Under the pieces are notes generated by a model, which was not told the origin of the DNA, searched no databases, and was given only the letters and a program-made list of their open reading frames with translations. The position numbers and the translations under genes are program-made. From assembly GCA_963553645.1 (NCBI GenBank), contig CAUVPF010000001.1, forward strand, positions 1 through 32,042: DNA of 32,042 nt, given 5' to 3'. Shown here one piece after another: positions 12,641 to 21,591 of the stretch. This DNA is from an uncultured Candidatus Saccharibacteria bacterium (GTDB lineage: Bacteria; Patescibacteriota; Saccharimonadia; Saccharimonadales; Saccharimonadaceae). The number at the start of each line of letters is the position of its first letter. The first letter of the stretch is position 1.

Positions 12641-13927
12641 CTATTTACTATTCAGCTCAACTAGCTTGTCGATCGTCTTGTCGGTGATCATCCGGTTTGC
12701 GATGTCACGGTGGACGTTTGGATCGTCAAATCGCGCGGCCAGCTTGGCGTCCTTGCCGTATTGTCGCTTAAAGGTTGCGATTTGCGCATCGAGCTCCTCG
12801 CGGCTAACCTCTACGCCCAGCTCCTTTGATAGCTCAGCTAGCACCAAGCCAGCCTTGACCCGCTTTTCGGCCGCTGGGCGAGCCTCTTTTTTCTGCCAAT
12901 CGGCTTTATCTTTGAAGCCTTGCGTCTTTAGATACGCGTCCATTGTCAGGCCGCGATATGACAAATTCTGCATCAGATCTTGTTCAATTGACCGCAGCTG
13001 ATCGTCGATCAATAGCTCTGGCAGCGCCACCTTGGAGCTATCCGCCAGTTCCGCCACCAGCTCATCCTTGAGCTTCTCCTTGGCTTCGCGCTCTTTTTGT
13101 GTGGTAATCTCGCGCTTGATGTCAGCCTTCAGCTCTTTGATGTCGGTAAACGGGCCACATTTGGCGGCAAATTCATCATTGAGTTCCGGTAGCTTCAGCT
13201 CATTTACTTTGTGCAGCGTTACGCTAAACACCACTTTGGCGCCGGCCAGATTTTCAGCATGGTAATCCTTTGGAAATTCGAGGTCGAGATCAAATGTCTC
13301 GCCGGCCTTGTGACCAACCACGCCCTCTTCAAAGCCGGGGATAAACTGACCACCGCCCAGCTTCAGGGCAAAATCCTTGGCCGAACCGCCGTCAAACGCT
13401 ACACCGTCTTTCTTGCCGACAAAGTCGATGATCACCTCGTCACCTTCTTGAGCTGCGCGCTTGACCTCGGTTTTGTCGACAAAATTCTGCTGCATTCGCT
13501 CGATGATTTCGTCGACGTCCTTGGCCTCAACCTTGACAGCCCGAGGCTTAGCCTTGAGCTTTTTGTAATCGCCTAACTTGACCGGCGGCACAACGGTCGC
13601 CTCAGCGGTAAACTCGACTTCTTGATTGGGGACAAATTTCTTGACCTCAACGCTCGGCCGCTCTAGCGCCTGCAGCTTCTCGTTCATAAAGGCCTCGGCG
13701 ACCGCCTTGGACAGGGCGTTATCGAGCACCTGCTCCTGGAGCGCCATTGGATTGACGTGCTTGGCGGCCACGCTGACTGGCACTTTACCCTTACGAAATC
13801 CCGGCACCTTGAGGTCGCGCGCCATCTTGGTCAGCGCCACCTGCTCGGCCGCATTCAGCTCGTCCGCCCCGAGCGTAATTGTCAAACAAACGTTAGTATC
13901 TGATAGTTTCTTTACAGTAGTCTTCAT
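12641..13927 (-). CDS. tig: Trigger factor
   Basis: Ribosome-binding signature PGFRKGKVP; FKBP domain IDFVG..DG..F.GG, FIPGFEE, FPKDYHA..LAG. Confidence 0.97.
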   Translation of the reverse strand: MKTTVKKLSDTNVCLTITLGADELNAAEQVALTKMARDLKVPGFRKGKVPVSVAAKHVNPMALQEQVLDNALSKAVAEAFMNEKLQALERPSVEVKKFVPNQEVEFTAEATVVPPVKLGDYKKLKAKPRAVKVEAKDVDEIIERMQQNFVDKTEVKRAAQEGDEVIIDFVGKKDGVAFDGGSAKDFALKLGGGQFIPGFEEGVVGHKAGETFDLDLEFPKDYHAENLAGAKVVFSVTLHKVNELKLPELNDEFAAKCGPFTDIKELKADIKREITTQKEREAKEKLKDELVAELADSSKVALPELLIDDQLRSIEQDLMQNLSYRGLTMDAYLKTQGFKDKADWQKKEARPAAEKRVKAGLVLAELSKELGVEVSREELDAQIATFKRQYGKDAKLAARFDDPNVHRDIANRMITDKTIDKLVELNSK

Positions 13928-13953
13928 ACCTACCTATTATAACAGGGGTAGCA

Positions 13954-15291
13954 CTAAATCTCAAACGCTGCGTCGTCATCACCGTCGTAGCGCCGATCTT
14001 TGACCACGCTGATCATTCGCTCGAGGCTGACTTTTTGCTCGGTTGACTCGATGAGGTTTTTGATCGTGTAGACACCCGAAGCAATCTCTTCTTCGCCGAC
14101 AAACGCTACGAATGGAATGTTCTTTTTGAGCGCGGTTTTCAGCTGCTTGTCTAACTTGCGCCCGCTGAAATCTAACTCGGCCCGCACCCCCTCGCTGCGT
14201 AGCGTCCGCGCCAAAGTATCTGCACCACCCAGCGATGCCGCGTCCACCGCGATGATGTACACATCGGTATGCGTCGTTAGTTTTGGTAGTAACTCGTGCA
14301 CCTCAAGGAACTGCTGCATCGTCGTCGCACCGAGCCCCACGCCGACCGTGGCGACTGGCTCGACACCAAACAGCCCGACTAGCCCATCATAGCGCCCGCC
14401 GCCGAATAGCGCTCGATTATTCTCCGGCGAATTATCGAAAAACTCAAACACCGTACCACTATAATAATCCAGCCCGCGCATCAGCGTCACGTCGAACATC
14501 GCATTGCCGATGCCTTTCTGACGCAGCAGGGTCATCACCTGACGAAGCTGCTGGACGCTCGGGCTATCCGCCAACTCCTCCGGTAGGTCATCGACGCTAC
14601 GCATACTAATCAGCTGCGCCAACTTTGGCAGGCCCGCCTTGGCCTCTTCTGAGCCAAAAATCTCGATGGCTTGCTCGCGGAAAGCTTCTGGCGAAATCTT
14701 ATTCTTTCGATCAAGCAGCCGCGTCATCATCTGGGCGCCGATCACGTCGAGGCCGAGAAAGCTACTCATCAACTGATTGATCAGCTGGCGATTATTCACC
14801 CGCACCGTAAACATGTCTTCGCGCGCACCAAAGTTCATGATGCTATGGTAGCCAAACTCGATAATCTCCGCATCCGCCCACGGCCCCTCCGCGCCAAACA
14901 AATCAGCATTCAGCTGCCAAAACTCACGCTCCCGCCCGCGCTGCGGCCGCTCATAGCGCATAAAATTAGCGATAGAATAGAGCCGGGCCGGCATGGCCAG
15001 TTCCTGGCGCCGACTGGCCACCATGCGAGAAATCGACGGCGTCATTTCCGGGCGAATTGCCACCTGACGACCACCACGATCGGTGAATAGATATGTCTGC
15101 TCGCCCGCTAATTCCTGCCCCGATTTGGCGGTGTAAATATCCAGCGGCTCGAGCAAGGGTGCGCCGTACTCCTCGTACCCAAAACTCTGCGCCGTGGCGT
15201 GCCACACCTTGAAAATATAGTTTTGCAGGCGCTTATCCTCCGGGAAATAATCGCGCGCGCCCTTATAACTCTGAGTTGATAAATTGCTCAT
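13954..15291 (-). CDS. hisS: Histidine--tRNA ligase
   Basis: KGARDY, RPEMT, RYERPQRGR.REFWQ, RGLDYYSG, GGGRYDGL, C-terminal anticodon domain. Start moved to ATG 15291 (MSNLSTQ); the track starts at TTG 15330. Confidence 0.96.
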   Translation of the reverse strand: MSNLSTQSYKGARDYFPEDKRLQNYIFKVWHATAQSFGYEEYGAPLLEPLDIYTAKSGQELAGEQTYLFTDRGGRQVAIRPEMTPSISRMVASRRQELAMPARLYSIANFMRYERPQRGREREFWQLNADLFGAEGPWADAEIIEFGYHSIMNFGAREDMFTVRVNNRQLINQLMSSFLGLDVIGAQMMTRLLDRKNKISPEAFREQAIEIFGSEEAKAGLPKLAQLISMRSVDDLPEELADSPSVQQLRQVMTLLRQKGIGNAMFDVTLMRGLDYYSGTVFEFFDNSPENNRALFGGGRYDGLVGLFGVEPVATVGVGLGATTMQQFLEVHELLPKLTTHTDVYIIAVDAASLGGADTLARTLRSEGVRAELDFSGRKLDKQLKTALKKNIPFVAFVGEEEIASGVYTIKNLIESTEQKVSLERMISVVKDRRYDGDDDAAFEI

Positions 15292-15357
15292 GGTTGCTTT
15301 TATTGTGGCACAGTGGGGCAAATTTTTCAATAATAACGGCGAGCGAGGGCTTGAAGG

Positions 15358-15888
15358 TTATCCACCGAGCACATACTGCTGCAGCCAGCAGTACATCGCT
15401 ACAGTCGCTGCCGCGCCGACATTGATGGAGCGGGTCGAGCCGAATTGTTCAATTGCCACAATTTTGTCCGCCGCCTGCACCATTTCCTCGGAAATCCCTG
15501 GACCCTCTTGACCGAACACCAGCACCGCACGCTTTGGCAAGCTCGTCTCTGACATATTGACGCTACCCGGGATATTATCAATCGCGATGATTTCTCTGCC
15601 CTCAGCCCGCATTAACCGGGCAAACTCAGCCGTCGAACCGACATACTGCACGTGCAAATATTTATCCGTCATCATGGCGCCACGCTTATTCCATTGCCGC
15701 CTGCCGATAACATAAATCTGCCGCACCCCAAACGCATTGGCGCTCCGGACAATCGTCCCCATGTTAAAATCCCGCTCGGTATTTTCCAGAGCAATCACCA
15801 AGCCGTGATCCTTGGCATCCAGCTCCTTCACAATTTCCGCCTCGCTCCGACCCTTGAATTTGTCAATTACATTTCGTGTATCTTGCAT
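15358..15888 (-). CDS. TrmH/SpoU-family (SPOUT) RNA methyltransferase
   Basis: N.GTIVRSANAFG, LVFGQEGPGIS, I.QFG..RSINVGAA. Start moved to ATG 15888, 7 nt after TACAAT. Confidence 0.9.
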   Translation of the reverse strand: MQDTRNVIDKFKGRSEAEIVKELDAKDHGLVIALENTERDFNMGTIVRSANAFGVRQIYVIGRRQWNKRGAMMTDKYLHVQYVGSTAEFARLMRAEGREIIAIDNIPGSVNMSETSLPKRAVLVFGQEGPGISEEMVQAADKIVAIEQFGSTRSINVGAAATVAMYCWLQQYVLGG

Positions 15889-15975
15889 CTCTGTTATTGT
15901 AGCAAACGTTACGAAAAAGAGACAAAAGATCTTCTCATCGTCATGAAAAATGTAGCGTGCTTTCAAGCGCTCACA

Positions 15976-16254
15976 CTATCTCACAACAAACGAAACTTTA
16001 ATCACATCACCAATAGCGATGTATTCTTTCTGACGGACTTTTGCGGGCAGCGCCAAAAACTGCGAGCCGTCGCCCATCGGCAGTAGTGATGTCTGCCATG
16101 ATGAGCCGCCAACCGTCGCCTTCACCGCCACTAAGCCCCTCACTGCAAGCGGTTTGAGTTCGTCAGTGAATTCTTGAGGCGCAGCAACATAATACCAGCC
16201 GCCAGCCTGCGGGAATAAGCGCACCTCGGATGTAAATGTATACGGTTTTGCCAT
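15976..16254 (-). CDS. DUF1905-like small protein
   Basis: GGWYYV..P, G.V.VKATVG...WQTSL.P.GDG..FL.L.AKVR, GD.I.V pattern recalled from DUF1905. Confidence 0.75.
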   Translation of the reverse strand: MAKPYTFTSEVRLFPQAGGWYYVAAPQEFTDELKPLAVRGLVAVKATVGGSSWQTSLLPMGDGSQFLALPAKVRQKEYIAIGDVIKVSFVVR

Positions 16255-16322
16255 AGCTATTTTGCCTGCTCCGTTAGGTTAATTGTCGCAAGTTTATCTT
16301 ATTCATGATATGTAGTATACCA

Positions 16323-16356
16323 CGAAAACAACCGCCCAAATGAGCGGTAATTTTCG
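16323..16356 (-). terminator. Probable terminator after tRNA-Leu(CAG)
   Basis: ACCGCTC-ATTT-GGGCGGT hairpin followed by TGTTTTC on the minus strand. Confidence 0.55.
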
Positions 16357-16370
16357 TAACTCTGCTATCC

Positions 16371-16457
16371 TGGTGCGGATGAAAGGACTTGAACCTTCAC
16401 GTACTTGCGTACACTAGCACCTGAAGCTAGCGCGTCTACCAATTCCGCCACATCCGC
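16371..16457 (-). tRNA. tRNA-Leu(CAG)
   Basis: GCGGATG/CATCCGC acceptor stem, GGAATTGGTAGAC D-loop, CTAGC-TTCAGGT-GCTAG anticodon arm, long variable arm, GGTTCAAGTCC, encoded CCA. Confidence 0.97.
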
Positions 16458-16517
16458 GTGACTACCGAGTATTATACACGACTAGCCGCCCCGCCGCAAG
16501 GAGTTTACCTAGCCGTT

Positions 16518-18122
16518 TCAGCCCGCCAGCCGGCACCAAGCATTTAACTCTTCTGCCAGCTGCTTCATCGGCACGGCAGTCTTGATACCCGGCGCGAGGA
16601 TGCCTTTTGGATCAAAGATGTGCTTGATTTTTATATACAGATCACGCTCCTCGGTCGTGAGTGTTGGCTGGACAAAGGCAGCCTTGAGCCGACCTTCGCC
16701 GCCAAATCCGGCGAACGACCCTTCGTGGCTAGTCACGATCCGCACCATGTCCGAGCAGAGTTTGAGGATACGCTGGCGGTCACTGACCTTTTTGCTCGAG
16801 AACACCGGATAGCAATTAATTATACCAGTCGTCGCGTCGATAAACAGTGGCATGGCCATATCATATTCTTTCTCAAGCACACGCATCGAATTGATAAAGC
16901 CGTCCAGCTGCACACCCGGCAGCCACATCCCAGAGAACGCTTGGGGCATAATACCGTGCTCGTCCGTGGGGTGCTCCGCCAGGGTCAGCACTGAATGGAG
17001 TGTAAACACCTCTTTCATTTCCATGTTGCGTAGCTCGACCTTTGCTGCCGTACCACCGCGAAGCGTGCGCAGTAACTTCTTGGCAGCCTTGTTGCGCGCT
17101 CGGTCTGAAAATGCGTGAAAGAGCGCCACCACCACGCCACCGCGGTAGCATTCTTTCGGCGCCCACGCTAGTTTTTTGCCTTGTGCCGCCGCCCGCGAAA
17201 AGAGTCGCCCGTCGATCAGCTCGACCGTCGAGGCGCCCGCTTGCAGCGCCGTGTCGACCGCTGCCTGCGCTGCATTCATTGAACTATAGGCCGCACTCAC
17301 CACAGCTATCTCTGGGCGGATGAAATCAGCCTTCATGATCAACTCACCGATGATACCGAGGCTACCTTGGGCACCGACAAACAGTGGTGTGAGATCAAAC
17401 GATCCATCGCGCTGCCGTACCTGAGCGATACTCGCAAAACCGGCCAGCTCTGGCACACTGGTATCAATACGGTTGATCAGCGCCTCGTTATCTGTTATCA
17501 CATTATCCAGCTGGCGGTACAATTCACCCTCAAACGTTGCCAGGCCCTTTTTCTTGCTCAGTTCACGCTTCGACAGCCGACCAGTTTGTATGATATCACC
17601 ACTTGATAAGACAACTTCCATCTGGTGAATCGACTGACTCAATAGGCCATACGCCGAGGACAACACGCCAGCCGCCCCAGCGCTAATCGCACCACCAATT
17701 GTACCATCTTCACCCGTCAATGAAATCTCTGGTAGACCCAGTCCTTTATGCGTCGACAGCACCGCCTGCGCTGCCCTGTGAGAAATGCCCGACTGGATAT
17801 GGATCAGCTGCTGCTTGGCATCAATCCCGATGACGCTGTGCATATGCGCTGACATGTCAATGGCGATACCGCGCCCGATCGCCGCGCCCGTACCATCCGT
17901 GCCGTGTCCACGCGCATACACCGGTAAGACATGACCCTTCTCTGCTAGCTGCGAACAAAACCGCAAGATCTTACGCACATCACTCGTATCTGCTACCTGT
18001 GCGATCAGCTCCGGCCGGCGCGCGAGCACACTCCCGTCCCGCTGCACGTCCGCCAAAGCACCATCGTGCGTCACCACTTCACCTGTCAGATGTTCATTCA
18101 AATACGTCGCAACCTTGTTCAT
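16518..18122 (-). CDS. FAD-binding oxidoreductase (GlcD / D-2-hydroxyacid dehydrogenase-like fold, degenerate active site)
   Basis: ARGHGT, TIGGAI, VVLSSG.I, FVGAQGSLGII, K.IFDPKGILAPG. Start moved to ATG 18122 (SD AAGGGGG) because the track start overlaps a tRNA. Confidence 0.85.
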   Translation of the reverse strand: MNKVATYLNEHLTGEVVTHDGALADVQRDGSVLARRPELIAQVADTSDVRKILRFCSQLAEKGHVLPVYARGHGTDGTGAAIGRGIAIDMSAHMHSVIGIDAKQQLIHIQSGISHRAAQAVLSTHKGLGLPEISLTGEDGTIGGAISAGAAGVLSSAYGLLSQSIHQMEVVLSSGDIIQTGRLSKRELSKKKGLATFEGELYRQLDNVITDNEALINRIDTSVPELAGFASIAQVRQRDGSFDLTPLFVGAQGSLGIIGELIMKADFIRPEIAVVSAAYSSMNAAQAAVDTALQAGASTVELIDGRLFSRAAAQGKKLAWAPKECYRGGVVVALFHAFSDRARNKAAKKLLRTLRGGTAAKVELRNMEMKEVFTLHSVLTLAEHPTDEHGIMPQAFSGMWLPGVQLDGFINSMRVLEKEYDMAMPLFIDATTGIINCYPVFSSKKVSDRQRILKLCSDMVRIVTSHEGSFAGFGGEGRLKAAFVQPTLTTEERDLYIKIKHIFDPKGILAPGIKTAVPMKQLAEELNAWCRLAG

Positions 18123-18260
18123 AGTCCCCCTTTTTCTGTTAGTTTCATGATAGCACGGTCGAGATGGAGCGTAAAGTATATTGCCTGGGTATGTCGGGTC
18201 GTGTATAATTGGGGGTAGATACGCCCAAAGACACGGCGTATATCTTTGACAAGTAGCTAT

Positions 18261-18345
18261 GCGGATGTGGTGGAATTGGTAGACACGCATGCCTTAGGAG
18301 CATGTGCCTCACGGCGTGAAGGTTCAAGTCCTTTCATCCGCACCA
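18261..18345 (+). tRNA. tRNA-Leu(TAG)
   Basis: GCGGATG/CATCCGC acceptor stem, CATGC-CTTAGGA-GCATG anticodon arm, long variable arm, T-loop, encoded CCA. Confidence 0.97.
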
Positions 18346-18365
18346 AGATATGATTTTCAAAAATT

Positions 18366-18393
18366 GTCGCCTAAATCGGCGACTTTTTATTTT
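18366..18393 (+). terminator. Intrinsic terminator after tRNA-Leu(TAG)
   Basis: GTCGCC-TAAATC-GGCGAC followed by TTTTTATTTT. Confidence 0.8.
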
Positions 18394-18407
18394 CTCATAC
18401 ATTATTA

Positions 18408-18437
18408 TTGACTATGCCAAAACGCCTATGCTACAAT
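18408..18437 (+). promoter_or_regulatory. Sigma70-type promoter for the TasA/SipW-like operon
   Basis: TTGACT-N18-TACAAT with extended -10 TG and an AT-rich upstream region. SD GAGGGGGG at 18482-18489. Confidence 0.65.
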
Positions 18438-18501
18438 CACGCCAAGGCAAACAATAACACAAGACATCTACTGAGGTGATCGAGGGGGGTTATATTATAC
18501 T

Positions 18502-19131
18502 ATGAGTAAAGCAAATAATTATTTCCAGCGGCAGCGTATCGGTCTGGCAGTCGTCGGCGGCATTATGGCGCTGCTGGTAGCGTTTAGCTTGACACCAACG
18601 TTTGCTGGTGTTGTCGCAACCATTACCAACAGCGTAAACACCGCTTCAACTGGTACACTAGTCATGGAAGAAAAGAACCAGGATGGATCAGTCACCTGTA
18701 CCACTACTGGTACTGGTAGCGCAACGTGTGCAACCATCAACAAGTATGGCGGCCAGGCACTCGTTCCAGGCGGCAGTACTGACACCACCGTGAAAATCAC
18801 CAACAAGGGTAGTATCGCTGCCAGCGCCTTTACCGTCAAGGGTGGCACCTGTACAACCGAGAACGCACCAGGCGCATCGGTCTCTGGTACTGGTAACTTG
18901 TGTAGCAAAATGACTGTTACCGTCCGTGCTAACGGCACACAAGTATGGACTGGCACCGCAGAAGCCTTCCAACAGGCAGCAGCACAAGATATCAAGACAG
19001 TCGTTGGTCACCCAATTGCACCAAACGAGACTGTCACGCTGGTCATCACCGCTGCACTTCCGGCAAACACCGACGCCAGCTTCCAGGGCCGCCAAATTTC
19101 ACAGCCAATCACCTGGCAATTCAGCGCCTAG
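18502..19131 (+). CDS. TasA/CalY-like secreted fibre subunit with SipW-type signal peptide
   Basis: Basic n-region, hydrophobic h-region, TFA cleavage-like site, then ATITNSVNTASTGTL; LVPGG....VKITNKGS motif; C-terminal FQG....ITWQF; four Cys; Thr/Gly/Ala rich; adjacent to a SipW-like peptidase. Confidence 0.75.
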   Translation: MSKANNYFQRQRIGLAVVGGIMALLVAFSLTPTFAGVVATITNSVNTASTGTLVMEEKNQDGSVTCTTTGTGSATCATINKYGGQALVPGGSTDTTVKITNKGSIAASAFTVKGGTCTTENAPGASVSGTGNLCSKMTVTVRANGTQVWTGTAEAFQQAAAQDIKTVVGHPIAPNETVTLVITAALPANTDASFQGRQISQPITWQFSA

Positions 19132-19173
19132 TAGCTCAAAATAGTAGTCGTAAACCTGATACGTTAAAGGACG

Positions 19174-20904
19174 ATGAAATTTAGTAAGACCAGCATTTGG
19201 GTAGTCGCAGCACTGAGCCTCCTGAGTTTGGGCTCAGTGCTCGTGCTACACCTGGCTGGTTTTCGCTTTTTTACGATTGCCACCCCAAGTATGGGCGAAA
19301 CCGCTCCAGTCGGCACGCTAATCGTTACACAGCCGCAACAATCATACAACCAAAATGATATTATTTCTTTTTATCGCAGCGGCAGCGTTTATACACACCG
19401 TCTAGTTAAAGTTAACGACGATAATAGCTACACCACCAAAGGCGACCTCAACGCCGCAGAAGACTCCCTGCCAGTAGCCAATCGAGACGTTATCGGCAAG
19501 GCGGTTGTAGTAGCTCCAGTCTGGGGCTGGGTCTGGCGGGCGGCACCAATTTTGCTGATTGGCTGGATTATCGTCTACCTAATTTCGTGCATTAAGCGAC
19601 TGCGTGAACGCTGGCGTTGGCCAGTTCGCATTATTGGCGGCACACTGGTTGTTATCTTAGCAACATTAATTCTTAATCCGTGGCTCCGTGCCGACATGCT
19701 CAGTATCGCCACTCACCAGAAAGATGACGTGCGACTTCATGTCGTCAATACTGGCATATTCCCAATCCGTGACGACAACGGCGAGCGTGTCTATCCCGGC
19801 CAAACCGCCATCGTTCGAGCTACCGAAACCGATTCACAAGGTCGCTATGTTTATGTACCCCGACCGTCCCTCGGAACAGTAGGCGTTATTTTCGCCCTGC
19901 TCTGGTGTCTATTGCCATTATTTATAGCACTATTAGTAAAACTGCCGCCCCCAGAAGACGAGGCTACTGGCCTAGAATTGACCCGCGAACGGCGACGCAA
20001 TATGACCTTGCTCGGTATTATCATCTTGTTCGAGATAGTTCTGCTTACTGTGCAATTATCTTCGCTGGCAAGTTTTACCGCAACCATACAAAATAGCACA
20101 AATACAGCCCAAGCACGTGCCTATTTTAAATGCTCCGAAGCTATCTGGAGTCGCTCACAAATCCCGCCAAATCCTCGGCCATATTTTGCCTGGGCACTCA
20201 ATAGCGATCATGCCGCCAACCCCGTCGTAACAGATCTCTCTGGCAATGATAATCATGGCAAGCCCTCACCGAGTGATGGCTCACCGAGCCGTGCCAGCGT
20301 CTGGAATACAGGCTGTGTGCGTGACGATCGTCGCATTTCAGTATTCAACGGAGTTAACGCCTGCTTGACACAAGGAACATCAGCAGACCAGAAGGTCAAC
20401 CCAGCCCCAAATACCTTTAGTCTGGAAGTCTGGTTTAGCACTACCAAGAAAAGTAATGGGCGTCTGATGGGCTTTAGCTCGCTATATGAAGGTGATTATA
20501 ACGGCGGCGGACAAAGTGATCGCCATATTTACATTGATAAAGACGGCCGAGTCGTATTTGGTGTGTATAGTGGCGGCATCAAGCTCGTCACTTCACAAGC
20601 TGGCGTAAACTATGCTGACGGTCGCTGGCATCACGTCGTTGCTACTATGTCGCCAAGCGGTGCAGCACTATATCTTGACGGCGTACGCACAGATACCAAT
20701 CCATCCATGACTGCCGGCGAAAATGTACCTAATGGCGGCTACTGGAAAGTTGGCTGCGGCAAATTGACGTATTGGAAAAACGCTGACGGCAGTGAATATC
20801 AAGGGCCTAAATATTTTACCGGTAGCATGCAGTACAGCTCTGTCTACACGACTGCCCTGACCGAACAGCAAGTCCGTGACCACTACTTGGCAGGTGCGTC
20901 ATAA
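19174..20904 (+). CDS. SipW-like (Ser-His, S26) signal peptidase fused to a multi-TM region and a C-terminal LamG/ConA-like domain
   Basis: TPSM (S39), YTHRL (H75), TKGDLN...D, VIGK; about five hydrophobic segments; LamG hallmarks DLSGNDNHG, FNG, FSLEVWF, DGRWHHVVAT, LYLDG, FTGSM, Y..ALT..QV..HY. Confidence 0.85.
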   Translation: MKFSKTSIWVVAALSLLSLGSVLVLHLAGFRFFTIATPSMGETAPVGTLIVTQPQQSYNQNDIISFYRSGSVYTHRLVKVNDDNSYTTKGDLNAAEDSLPVANRDVIGKAVVVAPVWGWVWRAAPILLIGWIIVYLISCIKRLRERWRWPVRIIGGTLVVILATLILNPWLRADMLSIATHQKDDVRLHVVNTGIFPIRDDNGERVYPGQTAIVRATETDSQGRYVYVPRPSLGTVGVIFALLWCLLPLFIALLVKLPPPEDEATGLELTRERRRNMTLLGIIILFEIVLLTVQLSSLASFTATIQNSTNTAQARAYFKCSEAIWSRSQIPPNPRPYFAWALNSDHAANPVVTDLSGNDNHGKPSPSDGSPSRASVWNTGCVRDDRRISVFNGVNACLTQGTSADQKVNPAPNTFSLEVWFSTTKKSNGRLMGFSSLYEGDYNGGGQSDRHIYIDKDGRVVFGVYSGGIKLVTSQAGVNYADGRWHHVVATMSPSGAALYLDGVRTDTNPSMTAGENVPNGGYWKVGCGKLTYWKNADGSEYQGPKYFTGSMQYSSVYTTALTEQQVRDHYLAGAS

Positions 20905-20925
20905 TAGTGTATAACATAGATATGA

Positions 20926-21002
20926 GGGAAATTAGCTCAGTTGGCTAGAGCGCACGATTCACATTCGTGAGGTCACAGGTTCGAGCCCTGTATTTCCCAC
21001 CA
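20926..21002 (+). tRNA. tRNA-Val(CAC)
   Basis: GGGAAAT/ATTTCCC acceptor stem, TAGCTCAGTTGGCTAGAGC D-arm, CACGA-TTCACAT-TCGTG anticodon arm, GGTTCGAGCCC, encoded CCA. Confidence 0.97.
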
Positions 21003-21010
21003 CTGGTATT

Positions 21011-21481
21011 ATGCAAAGATTGAACAGCTTAGATAGCCACCTCAACCAGATAACCAAGCGTCTTGATAATATAGACCGACGGCTCAGTAATCTCGAGAAA
21101 TATCAGGCTGAGTCTAAGTCAGTAGCCCGACACGGCGTTCACCGCCTCAACCGACACCCAGCGCCATGGACATTCGGCCAGCATCCAGACGACTACAAGG
21201 GCCCGGTTTGGATTCGAATTACTCCTGCTGCCGGCAACGCCAACAAACCGCACACTGTTCGCATCCTTTGGGGTCAGTACCTATTTGAGCAAGAGCTATA
21301 TATTCCTGACGGGCCGCTCAGCCTGACTCATCACAAGACCAATCTCGGCTCAATCCCGCTGCAAATCAACGTCGAGCCAGCAGCTACCGTCACCGTTGGA
21401 CAAGGCCCACCGCCTGATGAGGAATGGGTAAACATCGATGAAGGCTGGACGCGGCTGGCTGGGGCGCTGATTTATCAATAA
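21011..21481 (+). CDS. Hypothetical protein with N-terminal coiled coil and beta-rich C-terminal part
   Basis: 156-aa ORF; heptad pattern LNSLDSHLNQITKRLDNIDRRLSNLE; no recognisable family. Confidence 0.7.
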   Translation: MQRLNSLDSHLNQITKRLDNIDRRLSNLEKYQAESKSVARHGVHRLNRHPAPWTFGQHPDDYKGPVWIRITPAAGNANKPHTVRILWGQYLFEQELYIPDGPLSLTHHKTNLGSIPLQINVEPAATVTVGQGPPPDEEWVNIDEGWTRLAGALIYQ

Positions 21482-21591
21482 GTATGGTGTTACATAGTCC
21501 TCGATAGACCCACCCGACTTAAGGTTAGGAATGGAGAGATGCTTGCCTCTCTGTGCTTGATAAATATTTTTTTATCCCTATAATAACCTGC

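Noticed and set aside
18123..18290. N-terminal extensions in the ORF track (FAD protein; also hisS, TrmH, ARH, typA, rarA, ddl)
   Set aside because: They overlap tRNAs, promoters or neighbouring genes. Downstream starts fit the family N-termini and the SD or -10 signals.
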